This document shows positions 13,268-26,274 of a stretch of DNA of 64,000 nucleotides, one piece after another. Location of the stretch: NCBI GenBank assembly GCA_010405405.1, contig MU004231.1:186001-250000 (forward strand). The letters are read 5' to 3'. This DNA comes from Microthyrium microscopicum (lineage: Eukaryota). The notes beneath the pieces are model-generated. The model ran no database searches, was not told the origin of the DNA, and worked only from the letters and a program-made list of their open reading frames with translations. Position numbers and translations under genes: made by a program. Position 1 is the first letter of the stretch. Every line of letters starts with the position of its first letter.

Positions 13268-16200
13268 CTATTCAATCTTAACATCTTCATCATCGTCATC
13301 CAACACTCCCGCATCATCTTCCAGCACCCCATCATCGTCCTCACTATCATCTGCCCCTTTATCCGCCTGCAGTTCCGGTAGTTGTTGTTCACCCGCTTTG
13401 ATATGTGCCACCTTGGCCTTTGTCATCTCGTGCACATACTGACCCAAGTGCTGTACAGATACTATAGGCGTGCTGTCCACTTCATCGTCAATACCTCTAT
13501 TACACGGAAGTACCTCGCCTGTTACAATAGCCAGCTGAATGGGGCGCGCAAAAAGCTTCTCAAAGGCTGGCTGTAGTTCGTAGACAGATTCGAACACGGC
13601 CCTGCGACCAAGAACATACAGACCTAACCGAGCACGCGAAAGAGCTACAGTCAGACGGCGAAGATCGCGGATATAGCCAGGACGAGATGTGCGTGTAAGC
13701 GACAAGATTATGTCTAAGGAGCAATTAGCATGAAGATTGTAGTGAAGGGGGCCAATGGTAAATACATACAGTCATTTTGCTCGCCCTGGAATTTGTCCAC
13801 GGTGCTGACATGACGAGGCAAGCCAAAGAATGGATTGCCTTTGCAGCGATGGTTCAGGACATCACGAATCAGGGCTCGCTGGCCGGCATACATGGTGAGG
13901 ATGGAGATTTTGTGCGCTGGGTAACCTAGTAGGCGCATGTACATGTACAGAGCTACCGAGTATTCAGCTTCGCCTAAATTCTGAATAAAGTGCGGAGTGG
14001 GTTCGCTTTCGCCTTTTCCTTGGTAGTCTTCGACTTCGATGAATTGATAGTCATAGCGGAACCCGGGATTGGCAACCTGAAATTCTGGGGATTGGAGGAC
14101 AGAGGGAAGGGTGGTGAGTGTTGGGTAGCGCCAGTGGTAGAGTTCTGCGATTGAAGGTCTTGCACGACCTTGTTGGTCGAGAGTGATGGATGGAGCACCA
14201 AGACGGATGAGTCGAAGAAACAGAGATTGCTCCAGGTTGGCGTATTGACGGAATGCCAGGTTCTGGATGATAGGAGCATTTTGAAGATGATCGCCTACAA
14301 GGACAACTCGCTGGAGTGGTAGCTCGCCGTCCTTTGGCTTTTGGAGAGCAATCGGGATGAAGTTCTCGATTTCAGTGATTTGAGCTGCCTCTTCCATAAT
14401 CACATTGTCATAGTGGAAGCCAAGATCGGCAATCTCTTGTCGTCGCATTGCAGCATGAGTAGAAGTCATGGCAATGATTCGTGCTTCCCTGATCAGCAGG
14501 TAGTTTTGTTTATCTCGTCCTCTCTGAAGAATTTCAAAAGGCCGAACGTCAGCCAATTCCGTGAACATTTTGTTGATGTGTCGATGACAACCTTGAACGA
14601 TATCCAAAGCGGCACTTCGACTAAGTTCTGAAGGAAACAGTGGCTGAGGCGTATTCGAGAAGTATTGAAGAAATGGGAACGTCTCAATAATCTGTTTGAC
14701 ATCGACATCATCGGACCGAATGCTGTCCCAGTACTTTGTCCAAGCCGGCTTAATGTAGACCTGATTGAAGTAGTCCGCGGTCTCACAAGAACTCCCATGT
14801 GCGCCTGGGGCCTCGATTGATGCGGCAAGACGAGCTACCTCTGCAAGGTAGATGGATCCTCTCTCAAGGAATGATTCCACGCGACCATATTTGCTGTAGC
14901 TGGCGTCCGTCTCAAGCTCTTCCTCGCCGTGACCCAGGCGAAGCAAATGTCTCTCATCTATATCCAGTGCGATGATCTTTTGAAAAAGTTGGTTCAGCGC
15001 TTGATTGCTGTGGGCTACAAGTAGAGTGCGCTGAGCCGGAAAGTTGTGGTAAATATTGCTGATGATTTGAGTCGCAACATCAGTTTTACCAGTTCCAGGC
15101 GGTCCAACAATTACCGTGAGGCCAGGCTGGGTTCCAGAAGATATCGCCTCTACTTGAGTTGGTGTGAATCGCACTGAGTTTAGCTTTGTGGCATCCATGG
15201 GATATGGTCCCATATTCAGGGGCTTGTAAGTCGAGACTTTCAGCGTCTCCACAGCTTCTTCCGTCTTTTTATCTTCAACTTTGCGACGTTTCTTGGATGG
15301 TCGGTCATCCTCTTCCGCTGGCTCTGGTTCAACGTACTCCAGGACATAAGGTGGGTCGAAACTGGACGACTCGGCTTCATTTGGCTCCAAAACCCTTCCA
15401 GGGAAACTTTCAACAAGATGCTGCCAGTTCAAAAAAGTGTCTCGAAAATCAATAGATTTTAGTCGGTTTGACATCCGTCTATAATTCGCTGTCGATGGGT
15501 CACCATAGCCAAGGAAAACATCTCGAAGCCATGATGGGGTGGGAACATCTGACAGTGTGAGGCGCTTGATCGACTCAAGTATTGACTTGAAGTTGTTTTC
15601 TCGCGATCTCCTACGGACTAGGAGGTTCATCGATTGATAGACATCTGGCTTATTCTTGTCTTTTCGATCTTGATCATTCTTGAAAGCATGTGGATCTAGT
15701 CTCAAGATAATGCGAAGCTGTCGTGGTTTGCGTACTTCATCGTCCTCGTCTTGTGGTCGATTGTCTCTAAGAGGTTTACCTTTTTCATCTTGGACTTCCA
15801 CAACCTCTGCTACTCGCAAACAGCGAAGGCCCATTTTATCTGCAGGATTCTGGTTCTCAATCGAGCCATTGCCGAGACTCTTCTCCAAAGGATGCACAGC
15901 GAGCAAAAATACGACATCATGAGGTCTCAGAGACTCCCACTCACGTCGCACATTGAAAGCCATACGACGCACATCAATAATGATTTCTGCCCGCACTTGC
16001 GAAGGTACAATCTCACCAACTCTGGGAGGAGCAATGTCGACGACTGCGGGAGCTTGAATGTGTACAGCCATTCGGGATGAGCCATCAAATCGGGTTATAC
16101 CCGCAGATGAGCGCGGTTGCATCCGCTTGATAGCTTCTTCCGCATCCTTTCGTATACCATAGAAGGCTTCGCAACGGTGCAAGATGAAAGATCGCCAAAG

Positions 16201-17688
16201 AAAATCTCCGACGGTGAGATACTGCAGGTTCAACTTGGGAAGTGCCAATGGATGCGAGCCGTTATAGTCGTCACTACGCAGAAAACCAGGTTCGTAAAGT
16301 ATTTTTTCGGTTGGACTGATGGTCAAGTCTCGCGCTGACTCTTGGAATGTCGGTCGACCTTCATAAGTGAAAATAAGAGCTTCCAAGAAAAACGATCGAT
16401 CCTGAACCACGTCTGACGATGATGGGAAATCCGTTCGCATTCCAAGGTGTTGACAAAGAGATATCAGCTCTGCGTCCGAAAGAGGCTCTAGGTGTCCTTC
16501 CAACTCATCGCGCTGGCCTAAGGAGCCGTAATTCGATAGCGATAATATTTTCAGCTTGGATTCAAAGTTCTTGAAGCTGATTCTTTGAAGTTTTGCGAGA
16601 TTCTTGCAATGCGCATCATGATATTCCGATATCGACATTTGTTTTTCTTCATGATCCTCTATCGGAAAACGAGTGTAATGTTCAAGAAGAAAGTACAAGT
16701 CTTGTAGCAAACCAGAAGCATCGTTGTAGGCCGGGGACAATTTGATGGCAGGAAGCACATGAAGATCCAAGATCAGTGTGTTGACGTAACGCCGGGTAGG
16801 AAGTTGACTTTGGAGATCTATGAGAAGCTCCACAAAACGCTCACAATAGAGAGCATTATCTTTTCCCACGTCTCCACCGGCCGTTGAATACATTCGGTTG
16901 AGGAAGTCGATCATTAGGCTGTACAACCATGCTCGTTCGAACTTGAGCTTCGCTTTAGCGGGGGCATCGGCTTGCTCAAATCTTCGCGTTGCTGCTCGCC
17001 AGACTTTGCGTAGTCGTAAATGGGAGTTAAACAGCTCCTCTCTTGCTCCATCACTGTGTAGGTTTTGCCATATTGAAATGGACACCAACGGGGCGCATTC
17101 TTTCCGTACCAAGCCATTATCGAGGGATTCAAACGCGGCGATTATGAAGCATATGAAGTGTGTGCGTATTTTCTGCGACAAGGTCGTGTCGACACTCATT
17201 GACAACACTCGACGAAAGAAGGAGGAGAATTCGGCTGGGCGAGATTCGAAATGCGTCCAGGCAGGAAGGCTTTCGCGGTGCTTGACGTTGACAATTATCG
17301 CGAGTAGTAGTACATGATGGTTGGAGGAGTCTTCGTCGTATCCTGGCCATAGATAACTAGGAAGATATTAGTCGCATAGCTCAACAAGTCGTGATGTAAG
17401 TAAATACCGTTCGAGGATTTGAAGAGTTTCGAGAATCAGTAATGATCCATACGCGAAGCCGTCCTTTTCGAGATGATCCCATATCTCGTCCTTGACAACT
17501 TGCGGCTTCACCTTAGCTGGCTTTTTCGTCTTAAGCCAGTGTTTTCGTGCGACTTCTGCATAGTGGTTGTCTCCCTGTAGATCTTGAACAGTCGGTCGCG
17601 AGTTGAGTTGAGAGGATAATTGGGTATCTTTCGAGGCCATTACCGGGACCGTACCATTCCCCTGCGAATTCTTCTTTCGGGGGGGCAT
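13268..17688 (-). CDS. AQR: Intron-binding spliceosomal RNA helicase Aquarius (IBP160/Cwf11)
   Basis: Exons 17688-17408, 17356-13770, 13713-13268. 'LIDLQSQLPTRRYVN', 'LPKLNLQYL', Walker A 'GPPGTGKTD', 'MEEAAQI', 'TVDKFQGEQND'. Confidence 0.95.
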
Positions 17689-17874
17689 TGTGAAGTTTCT
17701 AGGACTTGGAGGGTTTGACGTGGTGGTTTCCTTCGTTGCAAGTTTCGCGACAAGAAATTTCCAGGCAGAGAAGCTCACCTGTGATGCGCGTGCCAAGACC
17801 AGCTCCCCCAGCTTCAGAGCTAAATCCAACAACTCCCCATCTTGAACTCCTCCACACCACACAAACATCCAATC

Positions 17875-18612
17875 ATGGCGTCGCCGCCGACCTCAAACTG
17901 GCAATATGTGCCTCCTAGAAAGCAACCGTCTGACTTTCCAGTGCGTAAACCCCACCAACCTAGCCATTGAGCTGTAAAGTGTCCACTAACAGACTGTAGT
18001 TGATCGATGGCGACCCGTACGACACCCCTCAGACGCGCTTTCTTTCCCTTAATATGGCATTGACTTGACTGTATAGACATCTTTTTCGCGTCTGTCGATA
18101 CATGCGGACGTCCGACTATGTCACCGCAGCTGGAGTAGCCGCCGCGACGCCCGCAGCAATGCTTGCCATGGAGAAATGGTCACCATCCTATGCCGGGAAA
18201 GGAGCATTCCCGCCCGTATTGCGGTTGGCTGTCGGTCTCGGGCTCGGAGCTGGATTTATCGTCGCATATTCACGATCATCACGTATGTCAATTACTGGTA
18301 TCATGGATACACTAGGCTCAGCACTAACGTTTGATTCTAGAGCGATTCTTAGGTTTACTTGAGAACAGCCGAGAAGTCGATATGGATATGAGAGAAATGG
18401 TCGACAAAGTCAAGAAAGGTGAACCCCTATATGGAGTGAGCCAATTGCCTGAACATCAACAGCACATGGCCGCCCGGAACTCGAGATACGCGAGCGTCTT
18501 CATTGGCGTCTTACCTTGGTTCAACCTTGTAAATCACAATCACCACGGAGTCGATACTGCAAAATACTACCAGCAAGCCGAAAGAGAGCTAGATTCTGAG
18601 CGAGAGGGCTGA
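17875..18612 (+). CDS. NADH:ubiquinone oxidoreductase accessory subunit NUXM (20.9/21 kDa)
   Basis: Exons 17875-17940, 18000-18016 (17-nt micro-exon), 18077-18282, 18341-18612. 'FPLIDGDPHLFRVCRYMRTSDY', 'EMVDKVKKGEPLYG', 'PWFNLVNHNHHGVDTAKYY'. Confidence 0.9.
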
Positions 18613-18866
18613 GATTTCCTGTTTTGCGGTCTATTCTGTATATTTGGGCTGGCGAATGAACCCTTTTGACTGAATTAACAAATTAGATTCCTTCACTTTT
18701 CAGCGTTTGAGTATAAACTTAAATACTAAGACTTTTATTTGGAATTTATAGGTTTACTAAATCATTGCAACAGGGGATATCAAAGCACAACCGAAAACTG
18801 AAAGAAAGAAAAAGAAAAATCTTTACCACATCAAGCGAGTCTCTATCCTGAGCTCGCCTTCAGTGT

Positions 18867-21561
18867 CTATATGGACAATTCCGCCAAAGCACCGGGTGCC
18901 TTCTCGTCTCTTACTTTGGTACAGATCCACGTGGATGCGTACATGTTTACACTATTCGTTGTCAGTCGGTTTTAGGGACTTGATGAGATCAAGACGGCTT
19001 TCTTACCGGTCAATGCAGGTACCAGGAACTCTTCGCCCATGGCACTTTGTCTGGAAACCACACTCTTCGAACTTCTTCAGATACCAAGGCTCTAAACCAG
19101 CACTACGAAGCATGACGCGACCTTTCATCCTCAAAGCACGGTTCAAAGCTCGGATCTGCTTCTCAGCAGCAGCACTACCAGGATCAAACCAATCCATCGA
19201 GTCCATGACAACAGCGATCGTGAGAGTCGCCGGAGTCATGCGGTCAATGACCTCATTGATCTCATCGGTATGGATCCTCAGGCTGTCAAACGCATGAGGA
19301 TGTGACAGCTTGACATGAGCCGATGGCTGGAGATAGTCTGCGTGCGACTTGCGCGAGTACTTGCCCTGCATACACAGCAGATAGTAGTGGTTATCTTCGG
19401 AGAGAAGCGTGTTTGCCACGGCAGGATCCAATGTATTCACGACATACTCCCAGATTGCGCGGCCAAACTTGCGCCGTGGCTCGCCGGCTGCGTCACATTG
19501 AGCTTCATAGTCGGCCATGATGACGTTGCGCTGATTGGGTGGCACACCAAGTGCTTTCCATAACCAGGCTTCGTTTTGGACAATTGTCCATGAGAGCAAT
19601 TTACTCAAAAGGACGCCGCGGATGCTACGCTCCCAGATTTCCTTTTGCTCAGCTAGTGTCTCGGCAGCACACATGCGGTTGACTTCGGAGGTTAGGCCAA
19701 AAATCTTGAAGAGCAGTGCTGCCAGTTGAATGGCGTGTCTTGAACCGCCGGTGTAGTAGAGACCGGATTTGCCAAAAGTCTTTGGACCATTCTGGAGCCA
19801 ATACTGGAATGCGTAACTGGACATGTGTGGGCTGAGTTTCGAGATGAGGATCTCGCGAAAGTGTTCATGGCGACCTTCTCCGAACAGCTTCCAGACATCG
19901 GCATAACCAAGAGCAGTGAATGCTGCTACCTTGAGCTCAAGCAAATGGTTCTGGGAAGGACTATACGATATATCAGTCACGTGCTCAGCCTTGCCAATAG
20001 ACCCACTTTCATGCATTCACCAGCGGGTGGGCGGAGCCTCGCCGATTGGAGAGGGGTAACTTACTTCAAATCAACCGCATGCAATCTCTTGGGCTTCTCG
20101 AGAGCAAACGATAGAATGTTATCCCCAGCACTGGTGATGGCCAGAATCACATCATCATTGGTGACCTTGAGGATTCTCGCGTCTACTCGAGAGTCTTCCC
20201 ACGTAAATGCATAGATGTACTGGTCCTTGAACTGAGTATGCTTCTCGAGACGATGATCGTAGTAGATGCGCCAGTGGTGGTTCTGGTACCAAAAGCATGG
20301 AAGAGGGAGCTTGGCAGAAAGATTGACGATGGCACACTCATATGCCTTGGACTTGGTCTCGAAGGAGTCGGATCGTGCAAGGCCGGTTCTGGAGTGAAGA
20401 TCGAGGGCCGCGAGGAATGGAGATTCTGTGGCCGCGGCGTTCATCTCGGCTAACTGGCTTTCCATTGAAGGACTACTCTTCGAACAACCGATCCAAATGT
20501 AGTATGGGATTTGGACACCTAGAAAATGGTTGCGAGCGTTGACTGTGAGCTTGGTGCCGAAGCGGTATTCGAGATAGTCGCGGCGAGCGCCATCAAGGTT
20601 TACGCGATCAATCTAGACAACATCAGAAGCATTCCCATGGTTTGGCGTTTTGCTTACCTCAAACCAAGTTCTCCAAAATGTGCGGCTCCACCAGTTGCAA
20701 TGACGGTCAATCACACCACCACCATAGTTCTTGGATCGGAAATCCACCTGGCTCTGGACATAAAAGTCGCAAACACCAACAATGCCTCGCGCTGATAATA
20801 GAGTTGAAAGCGAGTCGATGACTGGGTAAAACTCTGGAATCATTGAAAGCGCATAGCTCAGGGTAACAAGATCAGCTCCAATGCCTTCTTGGTTTCCAGT
20901 CTCGTAGATGCTCTTTTCCTTGACCACCAACGAGTTGTTACCTTCCTGCTGGTGCTCCTCAATCCTGAAAGAGCGAGCGTCCTGACAGACGACCTTGACG
21001 TTTTTCCAACCCAGTCGCTGGAATCTGGCGCGAGCTACTTCGCAAAGCGAAGGACTGAAGTCGACTAGGTAGACAGCACGAAAGAACTCTGGTACTGGAA
21101 GATAGTTGCCCATTTGCTCGATATTCCAGCCAGTTCCACCGCCAATCTATATGCTGGATTAGTCTTTGGACGGAGTTGAGGGTTTGTCGTCCTACATCAA
21201 CCCAAATAGGCTTGGATGCGCCAAAATTCGTATCCTTCATCTGACAAGCTGCCAGGCTCAGCATGTCTTCCCGGCCGTGTAACAGCCGTCCTCGAGTGGT
21301 GTCATATGCCTTGGCCTGCGTCTTGTAGAAGCTCTCGAGCGCATCCTGCTGGTTTCCCGAGTCTCCAGTATGTGGCTTCAAGAAGCAGCTGTACGCAAAC
21401 CTTCCATACGCCGCAACGGTCGCCAATGGGCCAGTATATTTGTCAGGATCGATAAAAGCGGCGGTGAAGATTACCGCGAGAAAGAAGAGCAGAACGATGC
21501 CAGCAATGCCGATCTGCACCAAAGGATCTCTCGACGAGTGAAAGATGTCTGCGAATGCCAT
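18867..21561 (-). CDS. BTA1: Betaine lipid (DGTS) synthase, BtaB methyltransferase + BtaA/DUF3419 fusion
   Basis: Exons 21561-21196, 21146-20658, 20612-20065, 19960-19007, 18951-18867. N-terminal TM, 'QQDALESFYKTQAKAYD', SAM motif 'WVDIGGGTGWN', 'YIYAFTWED', 'ITSAGDN', 'DLNPSQNHLLELK', 'MDSMDWF', 'DRVNMYAS'. Confidence 0.93.
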
Positions 21562-21806
21562 CGTGCACGTTGAGACGCAAGAAAGACACGATGTCAAGTT
21601 AACAAAAGACTGTGATTGCAAGAACGTCGTCTATGGCTTCTTTGGGGAACTATGAAGCTACAGAACCAGAAATCCAAACCTCCGCAGCGACGCACTGGCA
21701 TATAGAATACCTCATCCTCCGACCACGGAGTGTTTCCAGCGGTACATCAAAGCATGAATATTGAAGTTTAGAACTCGAGATGCAAGAAATAGCCAACCAG
21801 CAGGTA

Positions 21807-21812
21807 CACGTG
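21807..21812. promoter_or_regulatory. CACGTG (Pho4/NUC-1-type bHLH site) upstream of BTA1
   Basis: TACACGTGTA palindrome ~246 bp upstream of the BTA1 ATG; further CACGTG at 22754-22759 and in intron 3 (19978-19983). Confidence 0.5.
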
Positions 21813-23958
21813 TAGGTAAATGCAGGGTCTTTTCGGGACGACAATTGACGCGATGGCCATGGTGGAGGGGCTAGAGCGGGAAGAAGCTTTAGGATCAACG
21901 AGGGGTGAATATGTATGCAGCGGGTTTATTGCATGCGTTATTTGGCGAGGGGCAGGAAAAGATAGCTTCGTGGGCATCTGGTTAATTGCTGGCTAGTATT
22001 ATTCTAAAGTGTTGTTGTGAAGAAGCGCTATCCAAACTCCAAGAACGTGGGACTCGAGATGCATCCTGGTTGGCTGCTGCTCTCAGCCTTCTGTCCACCC
22101 CCAACATCACTTTAAAGCTTGGCCTGACCTTATGATGCCTGTGCATTACCAAGTGCTCTATCAGATGGGTTTGCTATCATACTTCCTCTTCATTTAAGTT
22201 GAAGGAGATCAAGCTCGCCATCGTCTCGCCAAGATTGATATTCACTTCTACCAGTCGAGGCAAAACAGCCGAGTTCAGCCTTGCACTCAGCCTTACGTTC
22301 TTTCCACATATAGGTAGTTTTTAGGATAAGTGTTAAGTTTCATGCTCTCCAACTAGTAGATTTGTTCCAGGTTATCTCATACGTCCTAAGACCTAACCGG
22401 ACAATCGATCATGCTCTGCTTTGGCAAAATTCAGATTGAAACTTCTCAACAAGTCACTGAACAGTTGTACGTTCCCTAGAAAATTGAGCCTCATGAAATC
22501 CATATCAGATTGAAACTTCACTGTTTACCACACGGTGGTCGCATTGTTTTGGTCGATAACTAGCCATTGATGAGCCAAACAACGTTCGTGCTCTCATTAG
22601 CCTCGTTGGCTCCTATACACTATGTTCTTCATCGAGTGCTAAATTTCCAAAGCCAATCAGATTTTCTTCTCCATTTGATATCCTGACAGATTCGCGGCTA
22701 TAACTTCTCGAGCCAGAGCCGTAAGTAAGTTTGTGAATTGGGCCGACATGCTACACGTGTATGCGTGTTGTAAAAGAAGTTTCGCTACATATATAACGTA
22801 CAAATTTATCAGCCACAGGATCAGAAAAACTTCGGAGTGCCCTGAACTAGGCTAATGTAACAACGAGAACTTACCTAGGTGATTTTGGCTGGATACTCTG
22901 TATATCTATCATCTATCGTTGATGACTTGAGCCGCTCGTACGACTACGTAGTTATGGAATTGATGACAATCATTACACCTTTAAAGTCCTCAGCGATGGC
23001 TTGGTAGGCCATGACTTTATCTTCTTATACTTTCTCAGCCGAATATTCTGACAAGATATGTACAAAAGACAGCTAGCCATCTCCGTATCCATTTCGCAAA
23101 ATGTGGCCTTGCAATACCATGATAGATATCTGCTGCTTATTTCAGCCTTCTTTCAATATCAAGAATTTCCTCAAGTATTCAGTATGAACTATTATTCATA
23201 ATACGTTGAGTAATACCGACGGTCCATGTTATTGGCCCCTGTTCATCTGAAATTCGTACCTAATACAATCATCAAGAGGGCTTGAGGCACATTTCAGCTA
23301 CTCTAAATACTCCCCAACGATAGATCTAATATGTATAATGAATTGCAATGTAATTTGACGAACCACGGCACTGTCGGCCTGTTATAATCAAGCTCTTAAG
23401 ACCACAGCTTCAGCTTGTCTTACTGGTCGCACATATACTACATCCTGCAATAATTGGTGAAATACGATTGCGATCGAAGCACTTTCGAAAGAACACCTCG
23501 GATCGAGAAAACGCACGTACACAAGAAGCTGAATATGGAAAACACATTACTCTGATGGTGGTCGTACCTGATTCTACGAGCTATGCTTACCGACGACCAC
23601 GCTCGTAGCAATTTGGTTCATTTGTTCTCTCATCTTGAGAATATATCATTCTGTCAAAAGGGCTGTCAATTGGCTCACCGAACTTTCTATCGGCCATAAT
23701 CTCTTTCAACTTTAATTGCAAACCCGCGCTTGACTTACCTTTGATATGGTGGGATCGTCTCCACCACAACGCTCTACCAAGATAGTGGGCATATATACGA
23801 TGGCTTGTAATCAAATATATGTATAGTGTAATGAAGTAATGCCACTAGCTTTCTTTTATATCACTACATTTTTTCTTAATGACCGAAACTACTCCACCAT
23901 TTCTCTCTTTCTAGTCTCTCGCTTTTGTAGATATTTCCACGGTTTATAGAACTCCACA

Positions 23959-25202
23959 ATGTTCTACAGCACAGTCACTGCCCTTGCCCTTCTTGGGCTA
24001 GGTGTCAATGGTCAAGATGTACAGACCGCGCCCAAGGCTGTCGATCCGCTCATCACTTCCGGCAAAGCTGTGGGCAGCAACATGCCCACAGTTGGATTTG
24101 GAACGTGGATGTTGCCCAACAACGACAAAGGCGCTGAAGCTGTAGCGCGTGCCATGAAATTGGGTTATCGCCATTTCGATGGTGCTACCGCGTATACCAA
24201 CCAGCAAGCAGTCGGCAAAGGACTAGCTCTCGGCCTCAAAAACAACCCGCACATCAAGCGCGAAGAACTCTGGATCACCTCCAAGATCTGGGCCACGCGA
24301 CACAAAGATGTCACAGGCGGCATCGACATCAACCTCAAGCAACTCGGTCTCGACTACATCGACCTAATGCTCGTGCACTTCCCCGTCGTCCGTTCTTCCC
24401 ACAATCCAACTCACTCTTCCAAACCTCCCTTACTAACAAGATATTCCAGGGCAACTCCCAACAACCCAAAAAAGACGACCACGGCGCACCAATCGCCAAC
24501 GCAACAGTAACAGTCGCCGAATACGACTACCTCCCCATGTGGGCCGCCATGGAAGCCGCCCTATCCGCCGGCAAGATCAAACACATTGGCATATCCAACT
24601 TCAACGTCACGCAAATCGACGACCTGCTCGCGCACGCCAAAGTCAAGCCATATGTCCACCAAATCGAAGCACATCCGTACCTACAGGACTGGAAGTTCTA
24701 CGACTACCACACGTCCAAGGGTCTGCGCCTAGCAGCATATGCGCCACTAGGCAACACAAACCCAGAATACCACTACCGGAACTGGAAATCTGCCGGCAAA
24801 GCCATGCTCTCTGATCCCACTTTGAGCGCGATCGCGACCGCGCGGGGATGTAGCACGGCACAGGTAGCGTTGGCGTGGAATTTGGCGCGAAATGTAACGA
24901 CTGTTGTCAAGGCGCAGAACGCACAACATGCGATTGAGAACTACGAGGCGCGACAGACGTGCAAGTTGACGAGTGAGGATTTGGCCAAGATCAAGGCGCT
25001 AGATCAAGATGGCAAGGGCGGAAAGCGATACTGGGACATGTGCTGTGCGATGGACTTGCCGTGCTATCATGGACTGCAGGATGGACCAGTTGGGCCGGCG
25101 GCGGCGGATTATTGTGAGGATCCGTGGAAGAATATCAAGTATAACAAGGAGCGGACTGATTTGTGGTTGACGAAGCGACCGGCCTGTAACGCTCTGTTTT
25201 AA
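23959..25202 (+). CDS. Aldo-keto reductase with N-terminal signal peptide and Cys-rich C-terminal extension
   Basis: Intron 24388-24449 joins ORFs 23959-24510 and 24537-25202. 'MPTVGFGTW', catalytic tetrad D(FDGA), Y(TAY), K(TSK), H(VHFP), 'GISNF', 'HQIEAHPY', 'AYAPLG'. Confidence 0.9.
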
Positions 25203-25549
25203 AGCTGAGATGAAAAAAGATGTATTAGGTGTGCGCTTTAAGATGATGTTAAACGCTATACCGAAAAGAATTCTAGCCATCAGCAAAAAAATGTACATGA
25301 AGAGTGATTTACGCGAGAAGTTGAATAGAACAGCAGTCTTCGCCCATCACTCGCGGTGGGCGAGACGCATGAGGTGCATTACGACATGATAAACCCGGCC
25401 GCCGTCTATTCATACAGTGATTGACGCCTTGTTTCCCACAACCCCATTAGATGCCAAATCGAATTGATTGAAAGTGAGCCATCCGTCTTTACTGAGCACC
25501 ATTTCCATCTGGACAGTGTAAGAGGAGGCGATAGAAATGGAGAATGTAA

Positions 25550-26274
25550 TCATTTATTACCATATCTGGTTTTTCCGACCGTGAATGGAACGTAGCGGTA
25601 CTTGACCATGTGTTGAATTTGTCTCCGCACTACGAGAGTTAGAACGTCCCAGCCTGATCGAAAGCCTAATACTTACTAGTCAAGAAGAACAAAATGCACC
25701 AGTATACGACCAGAACTGGCCAGAAGACGGGCAAGTCGAATGCAGAAAAGAAACTGCAGAATAGCGCAATGGTAATTGCTTTTGTAGCCGAGTACCAGAA
25801 CTTGAATTCGGGAAGGCGACGGACGAATGGACGGAACTCATCATCTTGCTTGGTTGGCAAGCCTCCTTTGGTACCATCCTCCATATCCTGATCTTCCTCG
25901 AGAGATGGATCGAACTTGGGAGTTATGAAGGCGAGGAAGATGTTGAGAAGGTAGATTCCGAGAGTGTAGGCAACTAGTAGCGAAATGTTAGTAGCCGTAC
26001 AACACTGCAGCAAACAGGTATAATGTACCTATGTACCACCCCTGGACCCAGACTATCCTTATGATGAAGAGAAGAAATGTGACGGCGGTCCCAATCCATC
26101 GTTGTGGAATATGAGGGACGGATTTGTCGAGATAGGTTTGGTAAATCTATCGAAGTCCATGTTAGCTTCCGATCTTGAATAAGCTTTGAAACTTATATCT
26201 CGTACCTGACCCAGTCTAGTTGTTTGCGCGCTGACAGCGGCGAAAGGAGTCTGCTCAGGTTCTGGTGCGTCCAT
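25550..26274 (-). CDS. RER1: Golgi-to-ER retrieval receptor Rer1
   Basis: Four exons. 'GWYIVAYTLGIYLLNIFLAFITPKFDP', 'EFRPFVRRLPEFKFW', 'DLPVFWPVLVVYW', C-terminal 'RRQIQHMVKYRYVPF..GKTRYG'. Confidence 0.95.

Noticed and set aside
19961..20064. TPP riboswitch in the BTA1 intron (GCTGAG seen)
   Set aside because: Lacks the UGAGA context and the downstream CUGGAUAAU-CCAGCG type core, and the gene is unrelated to thiamine.
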